Translations under genes and position numbers: made by a program
In this document: positions 1 through 9,902 of the stretch, in pieces
How positions within the stretch are numbered: the stretch's first letter is position 1
Layout: each line of letters begins with the position of its first letter
Assembly: GCA_963693365.1 (NCBI GenBank)
Contig: CAVNZM010000011.1
Location: forward strand, 1,054,001 to 1,118,000
Reading direction: 5' to 3'
DNA length: 64,000 bases
DNA from: Amoebidium appalachense
Lineage: Eukaryota > Protista > Ichthyosporea
Notes under the pieces: model-generated
The model's database searches: none
The model's input: the letters and a program-made list of their open reading frames with translations, nothing else
What the model was told of the DNA's origin: nothing

Positions 1-186
1 ACACACACACACACTTCGAATTCCATTCCTAGAGAATTCACGGCATACTACGTAGCACACGCCAGCAGTTGCCCATGTTGCCCGTGGCCGATCCTACCTT
101 TTCCCTCAAACCTCCGAGCTTCCCGGGCTGACTGGCAACCAGATAATGCCTACCGGTACCTCTAATTAGCTTCCCTCCCATCCCAG

Positions 187-234
<48 letters not shown>

Positions 235-321
235 AAAAAAAAAAAAAAAAAAACACGCACCGACCCCTGGGCAGCTCCCTGGGCTCTTCAAGGCTTGCCT
301 TCAGGTCTCGAAGAAACTAAT

Positions 322-322
322 G

Positions 323-389
<67 letters not shown>
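322..389. repeat. (GCGT)n tetranucleotide microsatellite
   Basis: Direct reading. Confidence 0.95.
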
Positions 390-550
390 TTCGTCGCCTG
401 CGAGCTTGACAGCTTGTGCCGGCTGCCGCACAAGGCTGGTTTGCAAAAAGGCTTTTGCTAGCCGCGCGCTAGTCTCCAAGGCTATGTACCCGCTGGCTTA
501 CGTAAGTGGCCGAGCCCAGCCTTACTACGCTGCGGGATGGCAACATAGGC

Positions 551-552
<2 letters not shown>

Positions 553-586
<34 letters not shown>

Positions 587-621
587 AGAAGAAGAAGAAG
601 AAGAAGAAGAAGAAGAAGAAG
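553..621 (+). repeat. Poly(A) followed by (AAG)n tract
   Basis: Direct reading; follows a hairpin-rich unique segment. Confidence 0.9.
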
Positions 622-848
622 ATGCCGCAGGGAGACAGCACTCAAAGTGACTAGGGGTTTACGCTGTTTACTCGAGGCAAAGAGAACCAGTCTCAGGTAT
701 GGGGGGGGGGGGTTTGCTCGGAATATCCCCTCAGCGGTATATCATGATCACGTACATAGATGTCGGGTGGTGACTATATATCAGGGTTTACTTTCTCTAC
801 GAGACACCATAAAGACTACAAGGAGAAATCAATTAGTTGGGGTTCCCC

Positions 849-890
<42 letters not shown>

Positions 891-923
891 GGGCTCCCCC
901 TCGGGACACTCGGTATCAGCTGG

Positions 924-976
<53 letters not shown>

Positions 977-996
977 TGTGTGTGTGTGCGCGTGCG

Positions 997-3900
997 CTAT
1001 AATTTTGTAGTGATGTGTTTCTCAAGCCAATCAATACATCTAATAAACAGGTCGTAGTTACGCGTGTTTAGTATAAAATCAAGGATGTTGTAATTTACAG
1101 GTAGGCTATCTTTCTGGGTGTCTGTTGTGAATGTGACGTGTGTGTGTTGCGGTATTATGTGGTCTATCAAACTACATTTGGCGATACATGACCGGTTAAA
1201 CTGGTGTGTGTGTGTGTTGTTTGGGCATGCAAATGATGCCACCTTATACTTATTAGATCTCCACTGTATAGCACGTGTACAGTAAAAGCGTGGTAATTGA
1301 TCAATAATACCATCAGCTAGAGAAAGACCAGTTCTACAGGAAGGTAATATGTATTTAGGTGTTATACACTTGCGAGTGCCATATTTGGCAATATGGTTGA
1401 GGCGGTCAGTATATATAAAACGAGACATAAGGCTTAGTTTTTCAAGGTGTATGCTTTCATCGGGTCTAGTGTCGTGTGGTATCTTTTTCCATTTGTTATA
1501 TTGCGTGATTATCTTGTGATTGTGTACATGTTTAATAAGTAAGTGGCAGTCCAAAGTCACACACACACTATTGCGGGGTTTATTTGTATTTGTGCCCAGG
1601 GGAGAAGGGGAGAGAGAGGGGAGGAAAGAGGGGAGAGGTGAGGAGGGGACAGGTCGGATAGAGAAGAGAGGGTGGGAGGGCAAATACTTCTTTAAGCGGC
1701 TTATGTGCTTATTGAATTTCAGCGCGAGATAGGATACTCTAGCAGCTATTGGGACCAGACCATATATCGAGAGCGTTACAGGCCCAGGTTTACAACAGTT
1801 GTTAGATAGAAAGGAGGCAACTTCTGCTTCAAGGAAATTTGCCAAGGGTTTAAGCGCTCTAGTTCTCTCTTTCTTGATCCAAGCGGCGAGAAGGGGTAAA
1901 CCATATTCACATGCCGGGAAGACAAAAGTGCGAATAAATGTAAGTCTAATAGAAGGATGGAGGGGTGTGTCTTTAAAAATATTAGCCGAGAAGAAAGCTA
2001 ACCGCTTACGAGCCAACTCTACCCTCTTTTCGACCATATGGGGAAACATAACACCAACAGAATCAACCGGAACACCAAGATATTTGTATTCTGGAACTAT
2101 AGGTACAGGTTTAGATGATAATGTAAATGTGTGTAAATTGTTAGCTATATCAGGTACAAGAACACCACATTTGTCTATGTTAAGGATCATAAGGTTTGCC
2201 TTGCACCACTCTGACACTACATCGAACAATCTTTGCAGGCGTCTAGGGGTACGGGCAAGGAGGGACAGATCATCAGCATAGAGAAGTGCAGGCGGAAAGT
2301 TATTAATAGGGTCATCGTTTTCGGCGTAAATCTTGACAGCCAAATCATCTATAAATAGGTTAAACAAAAAGGGGCTAAGCAATGAACCCTGCAAGAGACC
2401 TCTAGTACGAGCAAAACCATATGAAAGATGCCCATTAACCACAGCTCTACCATAGGTTTGAGACAAGAGTGCTTCTAACAGAACACCAATGCAGTGTGGT
2501 ACACCCCGTGCAGCAAGCTTTTCCCATAGGAGACCAGGGGAGACAGAATCGTAAGCAGTTTTCCAATCAATAAAGCCAACATATTGTGCACCAACTTGCA
2601 TAGAATCGTGCAGTGCCATTATTTGAACATAACATGAATTGTTTTTACGAAAAGCGGATTGGCATGGGTGTATGTGAAGAATAGATTGAAACCTAGGGTG
2701 ATGTGCAAATAACCTAAGTAAGCAAGCTTCAAAGAATCTACGAACAACCTGGGTTAGTGTAATGGGGCGAAAGGATGATATGGGGCCCTCAGAGTCCTTC
2801 TTAACTATGGGGATCACTAAGGTATCTAACCAAGATGACGGGACATGTCCACATTTAACACACCAAGAAAAGAGAGAGCTTAACATGATAGTAAGATCAG
2901 GTTTAATAGCACGATCACTTTCCTTTTGTGGGTAGGAGGGAACAAGGATTTTAAGAAACCCAGCAGGGAGTCCATCAGGTCCACAAGACTTACTAGAGCT
3001 ATAACTAGATATCACAGACCATATGGCATCGGGACTGAAAAAGGGGAGGATCGATTCTATGGGGATAGATGGGTCTACAGGCCACACAATAGGTTTCTGA
3101 GCGGGGGTCCTATCTTTAAACAGTTCCGAGAAATACTTATCAGAGTCTATGAGGGGGTCTCCAGTGGTATCACCAATAATACGAGCAGGGGGGCCAAATC
3201 GATTCATACTAGCAAGCCGGCGCAAGCTTTCCTTTTGAGACAGGGGTTCACCTAGTCTAGCGGGAGTGGTGTTTGGTAACAAGAGAGCATCGGGATATTC
3301 CTTCCTACCACCGCCAGCATAATCACCGAGATCTATCAAATCATCAACAATAAAGTTAGTGCATGTATCTAGTACGAGATGTGAATCTGGCCTGGCTTGT
3401 GCAGATTCTAATAGGCGCATATATATAGGGTGTTTCGTAGCATAGCATACACATACATCAACTCTACCCCACTGTGACTTAAGCTGGGATAGACGGAGGC
3501 GAAAGGTGGGAGGGGGAGGGGGGAGCAGATCAAGGGAGATCTTAGGTAGGAAAAGGATAGGAGAGTGGTCAGATGACCTAGAGAGGTTAGGAGGGAGAGA
3601 GAGTTTTGACATGGTTGATGGCCAAAAGGCCACTCCCCAGTCGGTGTTGTGGGCATGGGATATTTGAGGGAACCGCAAAGTGTGACTTTGGACATACCTT
3701 GTTAAAGGGATAGCACGCTCCGGGGGCTTAGATGGGTACCCGACACTCACTTGCAGTGTGTCTGTGTGGTGGAGTCGCGTGTTAAAATCACCTAAAATAA
3801 CAGTGGACATTGGTAACTGTGACAACTCGTGAGTCAATTCGACAACCGACATAGATGGTGGGTAATATACAAAAGTAAAAACATTAGAAAGAAACTCTAT

Positions 3901-4191
3901 AGAAACCGAGAATTCCGTTTTTGCTACCGGTTTGCACTTCACTCTCACGTGTGGTGCGGCAAGTACAATAATGCCTCGGTTTTTCGCGTAACCGGGGTGT
4001 GTGGATGTGTCGACCAATGTAGAGTTGAATTTGTGGTGGTTTTTAAACTGTGTTTCGCAAATCACTGTAAACGTGTGGTTGTTTGTCTGTTGTTGTATGT
4101 AGCTGATTTTATCGTCGAGTGTCCCGGGGGGGAGGCCCTTTTGGGGGCCCAGTGTCCGAGCATTCCAGAAGAAGAAGGATAAATTAGGCAT
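997..4191 (-). CDS. LINE ORF2: apurinic-like endonuclease + reverse transcriptase, 1064 aa
   Basis: APE motifs FWNARTL, ICETQ, ILGDFN, SDHSPI. RT motifs SCGPDGLP, FRPITL, QSAFR, FIDWKTAYDSV, RGLLQGSLLSPFLFNLFIDDL, LYADD, YKYLGV. C-terminal Cys/His cluster CPNNTHTHQFNRSCIAKC. Confidence 0.97.
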   Translation of the reverse strand: MPNLSFFFWNARTLGPQKGLPPGTLDDKISYIQQQTNNHTFTVICETQFKNHHKFNSTLVDTSTHPGYAKNRGIIVLAAPHVRVKCKPVAKTEFSVSIEFLSNVFTFVYYPPSMSVVELTHELSQLPMSTVILGDFNTRLHHTDTLQVSVGYPSKPPERAIPLTRYVQSHTLRFPQISHAHNTDWGVAFWPSTMSKLSLPPNLSRSSDHSPILFLPKISLDLLPPPPPTFRLRLSQLKSQWGRVDVCVCYATKHPIYMRLLESAQARPDSHLVLDTCTNFIVDDLIDLGDYAGGGRKEYPDALLLPNTTPARLGEPLSQKESLRRLASMNRFGPPARIIGDTTGDPLIDSDKYFSELFKDRTPAQKPIVWPVDPSIPIESILPFFSPDAIWSVISSYSSSKSCGPDGLPAGFLKILVPSYPQKESDRAIKPDLTIMLSSLFSWCVKCGHVPSSWLDTLVIPIVKKDSEGPISSFRPITLTQVVRRFFEACLLRLFAHHPRFQSILHIHPCQSAFRKNNSCYVQIMALHDSMQVGAQYVGFIDWKTAYDSVSPGLLWEKLAARGVPHCIGVLLEALLSQTYGRAVVNGHLSYGFARTRGLLQGSLLSPFLFNLFIDDLAVKIYAENDDPINNFPPALLYADDLSLLARTPRRLQRLFDVVSEWCKANLMILNIDKCGVLVPDIANNLHTFTLSSKPVPIVPEYKYLGVPVDSVGVMFPHMVEKRVELARKRLAFFSANIFKDTPLHPSIRLTFIRTFVFPACEYGLPLLAAWIKKERTRALKPLANFLEAEVASFLSNNCCKPGPVTLSIYGLVPIAARVSYLALKFNKHISRLKKYLPSHPLFSIRPVPSSPLPSFLPSLSPSPLGTNTNKPRNSVCVTLDCHLLIKHVHNHKIITQYNKWKKIPHDTRPDESIHLEKLSLMSRFIYTDRLNHIAKYGTRKCITPKYILPSCRTGLSLADGIIDQLPRFYCTRAIQWRSNKYKVASFACPNNTHTHQFNRSCIAKCSLIDHIIPQHTHVTFTTDTQKDSLPVNYNILDFILNTRNYDLFIRCIDWLEKHITTKL

Positions 4192-5368
4192 CGGTTTGGT
4201 CCGACACCTGTGGGGTTGGTTCCCACTTGTCGCTTACGGGGTCGTATGCACGACCTTCCGCCAGCGCGAACAGTTCGCAGAAGAGCTCGATTTCCATCTC
4301 GCATCGGCGTTTGCGCTCGAGCAGTTTCTCACCAGAAAACATTGGTTCCTTCGTGTCCGTGTCTATCACGCTCGTAGCATCGTTTTCCAACTTTGCGAGG
4401 AACTCTTTTGCCTTGCTGATGCGTACACGACAACGTGTGGCGCACGCATTCTTAGCAGACACTTTACGTTCTTTGTCTGCTTTCTGAATGTTTTCCGGCG
4501 CGCATGGGTCGTAGCTTGGGAGGTGGGTGAAGAAGCTTCCACACCCCTTTGTCGCGTCACGGATGAACGCACGGTTATAGTCGCCCCGTACTGCTACTTC
4601 CAGCACATCGTATCCAATGAAGGACAGACAAAGGATGCGAGAGCACCGGAAGCCGAGAGCCTTGAAGATGGACCACATGGCCCTGTGTGGGCGTCTGCCG
4701 TGCTTGACTTTGAAATACACCCTCTCGTATTTGGGTGGGATGTTGATGTTACCGTTTGCTTGGGTGTTCCCCTTAGCCGGCGGTTTGGGAGGGGAGTTGC
4801 GGCGGTACTCGTTGCCTGCAAGAATGCTGGCATATGTTTCCTTGGCAATTTGGCGGAGCTCGGGTGTTTTACGAGAGTTCGCATATTCTAGGAACTCTGC
4901 CGGGAGCTGTGCTTCCGGTCCTGTGTTGTTTTGTGTTGGGGTGGAAATGTCTCCGTCGCGAGATGTTTGCTCATGAGTTTTGGGGTTTTGCGATCCACTA
5001 ATGTTTAGCTGGGCTGTGAGTGAATCAATGGTGAGCTTGAGTTGGGTATTTTCTGTTTGGAGTTTTTCTATCATGTTCTTGAGTGGTAACAGCTCATTTA
5101 GCTGTTTCTTAACGAGGGCAAGTTCTGCCAGTACTGTATCAACCGAAAGTTTCGGCATGGTTGTTATTGTGTTTCTACGGAGTGGTGTGGTGTTATTCTG
5201 AATGGGTAGTGTATTGTAAATAGGTGTTGCGCTTAGTCTAAGGCGATGTTTTTCTGGTTGTGCATCTGTGGTAGGTGTATCTGCTGGACGTTTTAATGGT
5301 CGCACATGTGTGATGGGTGTAGATGGAACTTTGAAAGAGGTTCTGAAACGATTATAGGCATGTGCCAT
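4184..5368 (-). CDS. LINE ORF1 (putative nucleic-acid-binding protein with coiled coil), 394 aa
   Basis: Lies directly upstream of ORF2 and overlaps it by 8 nt. Heptad-like segment LAELALVKKQLNELLPLKNMIEKLQTENTQLKLTIDSLTAQL followed by a globular alpha/beta-like region. Confidence 0.88.
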   Translation of the reverse strand: MAHAYNRFRTSFKVPSTPITHVRPLKRPADTPTTDAQPEKHRLRLSATPIYNTLPIQNNTTPLRRNTITTMPKLSVDTVLAELALVKKQLNELLPLKNMIEKLQTENTQLKLTIDSLTAQLNISGSQNPKTHEQTSRDGDISTPTQNNTGPEAQLPAEFLEYANSRKTPELRQIAKETYASILAGNEYRRNSPPKPPAKGNTQANGNINIPPKYERVYFKVKHGRRPHRAMWSIFKALGFRCSRILCLSFIGYDVLEVAVRGDYNRAFIRDATKGCGSFFTHLPSYDPCAPENIQKADKERKVSAKNACATRCRVRISKAKEFLAKLENDATSVIDTDTKEPMFSGEKLLERKRRCEMEIELFCELFALAEGRAYDPVSDKWEPTPQVSDQTDA

Positions 5369-5462
5369 GACATGGATGGGGGTGTTCCCCGGCCCTTAGG
5401 GCCACGGATGGCCTGGTTTAGGGGTGGATGCGCGAAGGATACTATTTATTAGCAGATAATAA

Positions 5463-5544
5463 AGAGCGACATTTGAATCGATGAGAGCGACATTTGAATC
5501 GATGAGAGCGACATTTGAATCGATGAGCGACATTTGAATCGATG
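5463..5544. repeat. 21-bp tandem repeat AGAGCGACATTTGAATCGATG, 3 full copies + one 19-bp copy
   Basis: Units read directly at 5463, 5484, 5505 and 5526. Confidence 0.95.
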
Positions 5545-6312
5545 CGCGCGCTGGCTCTCAGAAGTGCAGGCAGATCTACCCAGGAATTTATTGAATTAAC
5601 CAGTATTCCCAATGACCAATCATAGGGTGCCTTTGCAATGAATCTTATCGAATATCGGATTAGTGTGTATGTGACAGGCATCCAATAAAACGGACCAAAG
5701 TTGAAACGCGTTACGAAACTGTAACAGTTGACAGACGTGACTGTGTAGGTAGATGTGTAGGCACCTTTGCGCTAAGTCCTGGTATAGAATTGCACGCCAA
5801 TAATTCCGGCTAGTCTTGCGTGCTCAATGAAGGATATAAAAGAAAATACATCAGCTAAACCGCAAATTACACCAACCAGACAAAGCCGGCCAAGTGCTGA
5901 CTATACGAAACCCTGCGGTTCGAACTTCAAGGCCCATTTGATTGATGCACAGCGCATAATCAATTTTGGATCTTGCCGCTCGGGCAGACACTTGTCGGAC
6001 AGTTAGAACTTCATGCAGCCTGCATGCAGGGTTGAGGTCGAAAGACAAAAGCTAACTGTCGTAGGAAATGAGACGAATGCAAAGCCTAGTCAACAAGCCC
6101 ATACACTCATAAGCTTGCGCAGGCTTCCGGTTGGTGCTTTGCCAAAGAGAACCGGTCTGCATCATGACCATACAAACCTGGGGGCCGAATTCGAATTTTC
6201 TTGCAAACCGTACAGGTCAGCTGCAGGGTCACACAACAAGCACAGGCAGCATTAGCATTTGCTACAGGCACGTACGTCCTTCTCTCTCTCTCCCAATACT
6301 CGATAGGACAAC

Positions 6313-7488
6313 ATGGCACACGCTGTAATGTATGCACGCAAGTCGCCATCCGCTGCCGTTGGGGGCACAGGAGGGTTTCCCGAGGTTTTGCCTTCCACCC
6401 TTTCAAGTATGTGCGAAGGCACTCTTGACATCACTGTGGGCACAACTATAACCCGCCCCTATGTTGCACCGCCAAGCCCCACCTCCCCGCGTTTGCGCAA
6501 AACCCCCTCTGTTGGGAACGCTTCTATGTACCGTGCAGACCCGGTGCTCAGTCGAGCCTCTCCGGCAGCCAATACGTCCATGGCGCGTGCAGAATCACTC
6601 CCAAACAGCCCAGCAGGCACACCACAGGTAACACGGACAAAAACAGCCTCTCGCCCTGTTTCTTTCTCCTCTAGTCTCCTTGGCTCGGCCTCAGCAGACA
6701 CCGTTCTCATCCAAGCTGACTCGCCATTGAACCCACCATCTTCGGCGCCAAAGCCACCTCCGGGAGGGACCTTCCAGTCTTTTGCCCGCCGCTCGCTGAA
6801 GTCACGCGGCAACCACCCAACGCAGGAGGCTGCCAACACGGGAACCACACCCACACAGAGCCCTGTGGCCTCTCCTGTTTTCAGTCCCCGCAGGTCCATT
6901 CGCATGACCACGTCCTGCACAAGCATAGCCATATACACCACGGGCACACCTGGGTCGCCAGAGACAGGCCGCAAGGCTGGCAAGGGTCTTGAGGCAGGGT
7001 CTGGGCTTATCGGGGAAGATAGTGAGTACGAAGAAGTGCCCACAGCAGACGGCTCTGTGCCTTCCACAAACCACACCACCTCGCCAGCAGTCACACGGCG
7101 CGCCTCCTACAACAGCAACTCGTACGAGTCACTGGACAGAAAGGGCAAAGCCTTTGCCCTCCCCACCCTGCCAGACGCAGAAACCTCTATTCTCGACACA
7201 GTGCCGCTCGAAGAAAGTGCAGCACATAGTGGGGTGGTGGAGTACACATTGAAGAGAGAAGCTCCAAGCGAGAGGTTGGGAATGGGATTGAAGAGAGGGT
7301 GTGTGGTTGAGATCTATCCGAACACCCCGGCAGACAGGGCGCAGATACCCATCAACTGCCGCATAGTGACGATAGATGGAACCAACGTAGGCACGGCAAC
7401 TAACGATGCCATAGTGAAGATACTTGTGGGGGTGGGCATGGAGGTCACTATAGGGCTAGCTTCTATGCAGCAGGGTAGTGCAGAGTAG
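6313..7488 (+). CDS. Ser/Pro/Thr-rich protein with C-terminal PDZ domain (N-terminus may have further exons)
   Basis: 391-aa non-repetitive ORF. The C-terminus YTLKREAPSERLGMGLKRGCVVEIYPNTPADRAQIPINCRIVTIDGTNV...IVKIL...VTIGL fits the PDZ pattern (R/K-xxx-LG-phi loop, PA..A, I..IDG..V). Confidence 0.85.
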   Translation: MAHAVMYARKSPSAAVGGTGGFPEVLPSTLSSMCEGTLDITVGTTITRPYVAPPSPTSPRLRKTPSVGNASMYRADPVLSRASPAANTSMARAESLPNSPAGTPQVTRTKTASRPVSFSSSLLGSASADTVLIQADSPLNPPSSAPKPPPGGTFQSFARRSLKSRGNHPTQEAANTGTTPTQSPVASPVFSPRRSIRMTTSCTSIAIYTTGTPGSPETGRKAGKGLEAGSGLIGEDSEYEEVPTADGSVPSTNHTTSPAVTRRASYNSNSYESLDRKGKAFALPTLPDAETSILDTVPLEESAAHSGVVEYTLKREAPSERLGMGLKRGCVVEIYPNTPADRAQIPINCRIVTIDGTNVGTATNDAIVKILVGVGMEVTIGLASMQQGSAE

Positions 7489-8540
7489 ATGGTGTTGTAA
7501 GCCGATTTTTTTGGTACATAGTGTGTTTACACATATTGAAAGGGCAGATGGGAGCGAGGTTACTAGCGCCTGCTTTCATGGCAACAAGATGTGGCATGTG
7601 CAATGTATTGTCCCGACAAATAAATAGCCTGAGTCCAGCTACAATGAAGACGAGCTCACAACATGACGTACAACAAGTTGTTGGCCCAACAAAGATGCCG
7701 TGGTCGTACGTACTAATTGTAGGCTTGCTGTGACTGCGCGCGCTTGGGTGCATCATGTGTGCGTGTTTGAAATTGGTCAGAAAGTGTTTATGTGGTAAGT
7801 TGCTCTGTCACGTACACACACGGAGCACGCTGGTGTGCGGGTGGCCTTCCTCCTTCCCTACCTCCATGTGTGATCACATGAGGGGTCTGCATGTGTGCCC
7901 ATTCACGGGTCTGTTGAGCGTGCATTCCATACGGCATCGTTGGGCACGTGAAATCCGTTTGGCGTTTTTGTGTGCAAATCATGTGTTTTACGGTGCTGCC
8001 AACACAAATTATAGTATATGCCCCAGTTCAAAGCCCAGCTGGGGCGCAGCTGGCAGGGGCCTGCGCTGGGTGCCGGTTCTCTCAAGCCGTCGAGGCTCAA
8101 AGGGGGTCACCAGCGACTCACCCCACATTTTTGACTCAGTGACAAGTTGCCAGTGCGACGTGATAAGTAGCTAATCAGCAGTGGTCAGCAAAAAAATAAC
8201 GACCAATAAAAATATGCGATAAGCGCTTTTTAGCATACCTTTCGGGTATTTGTGGTTCTTCACCTGGACTCCTGGCTGGAGACTCGAACAAAAAGCCTTG
8301 GCGACTGGTGACCTCACTGACGTCGACCTGGGTGCGGTTGCGGACGCCAGGTAGAATATGAGCACAACATAGAGAGCTAGGAAGGCACGTGCTCGTGGCA
8401 TTAGTATAGGCCACTTCTGAACAACAAATAGTTTTATTTATTTGACCCTCACGCTGGCCTTTTAGGGGCCTCTTACCGCAGTTCGCACGCACGCGCACGC
8501 ACACAGGAAACGCGCACACAAGCACACGCACAACACCAAC

Positions 8541-8777
8541 ATGGCAGCCACTTCTGAGCGCTTGGGAGGCTATTCAACCCCCACCATACGTAGCAGTTCC
8601 TCCGTCGACTTCGCACATGTTTCGTCCCTCAGCGTGCCCTTTAGACGGGATCTTAGGCCAGGGGGCGGCTACTATGACGCACCAGGCCAGAAGTTTGCCG
8701 GGGGGAGTGCTCGCGTGCAGTTCCCCAGAAAAAGAGTCACACAGGGCGCTGTGGGGGGGGAGATGGACCCGGGGCCG
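8541..8777 (+). CDS. Probable first coding exon of the TLDc-domain gene
   Basis: ATG in AACATGG context and 79 non-repetitive codons, ending at a phase-0 GTAGGT donor compatible with the exon at 10700. Intervening exons are not excluded. Confidence 0.45.
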
Positions 8778-9816
8778 GTAGGTGCTGGCGTGGGTGGTGT
8801 GGTTGTGGATGAGGATGTCTATGGGTTCGTGGGCGTGTGTGTGTGTGTGTGTGGAGATGTGATTTGTGGGTGAGGTATGTTTTTGTGCTGCTCGGAGGCT
8901 TGGGTGTGGGTGTGAATATGGGTGCCTGTGCATTTTTGCGTGCTTGGGTGTGTGCTTGAGCGTGTATGTGTATACACATGTCTGTGTGCGTTGTTTTTGC
9001 GTGTGTGCACGTGTGTATATGTGTGCGCGCATGTCTGCGTGTGAGTGGGCTTGCCGGGCTGTGTATCTGTGCATTTGTGTGCTTGAGTGTGTTGTTGGCC
9101 TGGTTAGCTATTATGGGTGCGGCGCGTGTAGGTGGTGGGTTGTGTGCATGTCTTAACTGCGTGTGCATGTGCCTGTGACGTGCTTTTGGATGTGTGTGTG
9201 TGTGCCTTTATTCATGAAGTGCATATGCATATGTGTAGGCTGCAAGGTCTGTGTGTATGGTGTGTCTGTGTAGTGATTGTGTGTTTTCCTGCACATGCCT
9301 CTGCCGGATGTGCACGTAGGTTCTTGGCGTTGATGTGCCCAGATGGGCAACTACGCTCAACCTTTCTATGTACCGATTAATCTGTATTTACGTTAATGTG
9401 TGCGCATGGGGCAAAATATGTCTGGGCGATGTGGGCATTCTAAACTGTTGTGCGTGGTTTTGCCTTAAGCTTCTGAACACACTTTTTTCCCCTTGACTTG
9501 GAGGGATGTGGGGGGGAGGGGGGGGGGGGGGGGGGGGAGAGGGGGGCTGCCGTTTTTCTTGCGTTCTCGTTGTCAGGTATTTTTGTTGCCTTTTGCTTTC
9601 CGTCTGTCCACAGGTACATTTTATTCTGCGTGCTATGAGTGCAGGTGTGCAGTTCACATAGTGTGTGTGTATGCCTGTAGATGGATGTACACATATTTGT
9701 GTGCCTTGCTGTGCATGGTGGCAGTTGTGGGTGGAGGGGGAAGGGAGGGCTGGAGCGAATGGGGAGTGCAAGTGAAAAAGCAACCGTTGTATAATCATCT
9801 GTGTTTTTTTCAAGCG

Positions 9817-9902
<86 letters not shown>

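Larger units (their letters stand above)
654..5425 (-). mobile_element. Apparently intact non-LTR retrotransposon (LINE, ORF1 + APE-RT ORF2), copy A; exact 5' boundary uncertain (may extend to ~5544)
   Basis: Two uninterrupted overlapping ORFs. The 3' UTR has (CA)n, an internal poly(A) (T-run 850-886) and a terminal module shared with the copies at 34.4-37.1 kb and 59-60.2 kb. Shared sequence ends at ~652-654. Confidence 0.95.

Noticed and set aside
5369-5445. HDV-like ribozyme at the LINE 5' end
   Set aside because: Only small local hairpins; the nested double pseudoknot could not be assembled.
5463-5544. CRISPR-like array
   Set aside because: Contiguous tandem units with no spacers, no cas genes and a eukaryotic context.
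5880-5940. tRNA or SINE suggested by the GGTTCGAA B-box-like motif (similar motifs at ~15515 and ~34155)
   Set aside because: No cloverleaf, acceptor stem or A-box at the right spacing.
8171-8401. Minus-strand ORF with a signal-peptide-like N-terminus, divergent from the TLDc gene
   Set aside because: A plausible intron (8238-8171) leads to a stop after about 11 codons and there is no recognisable domain; unsupported without RNA data.
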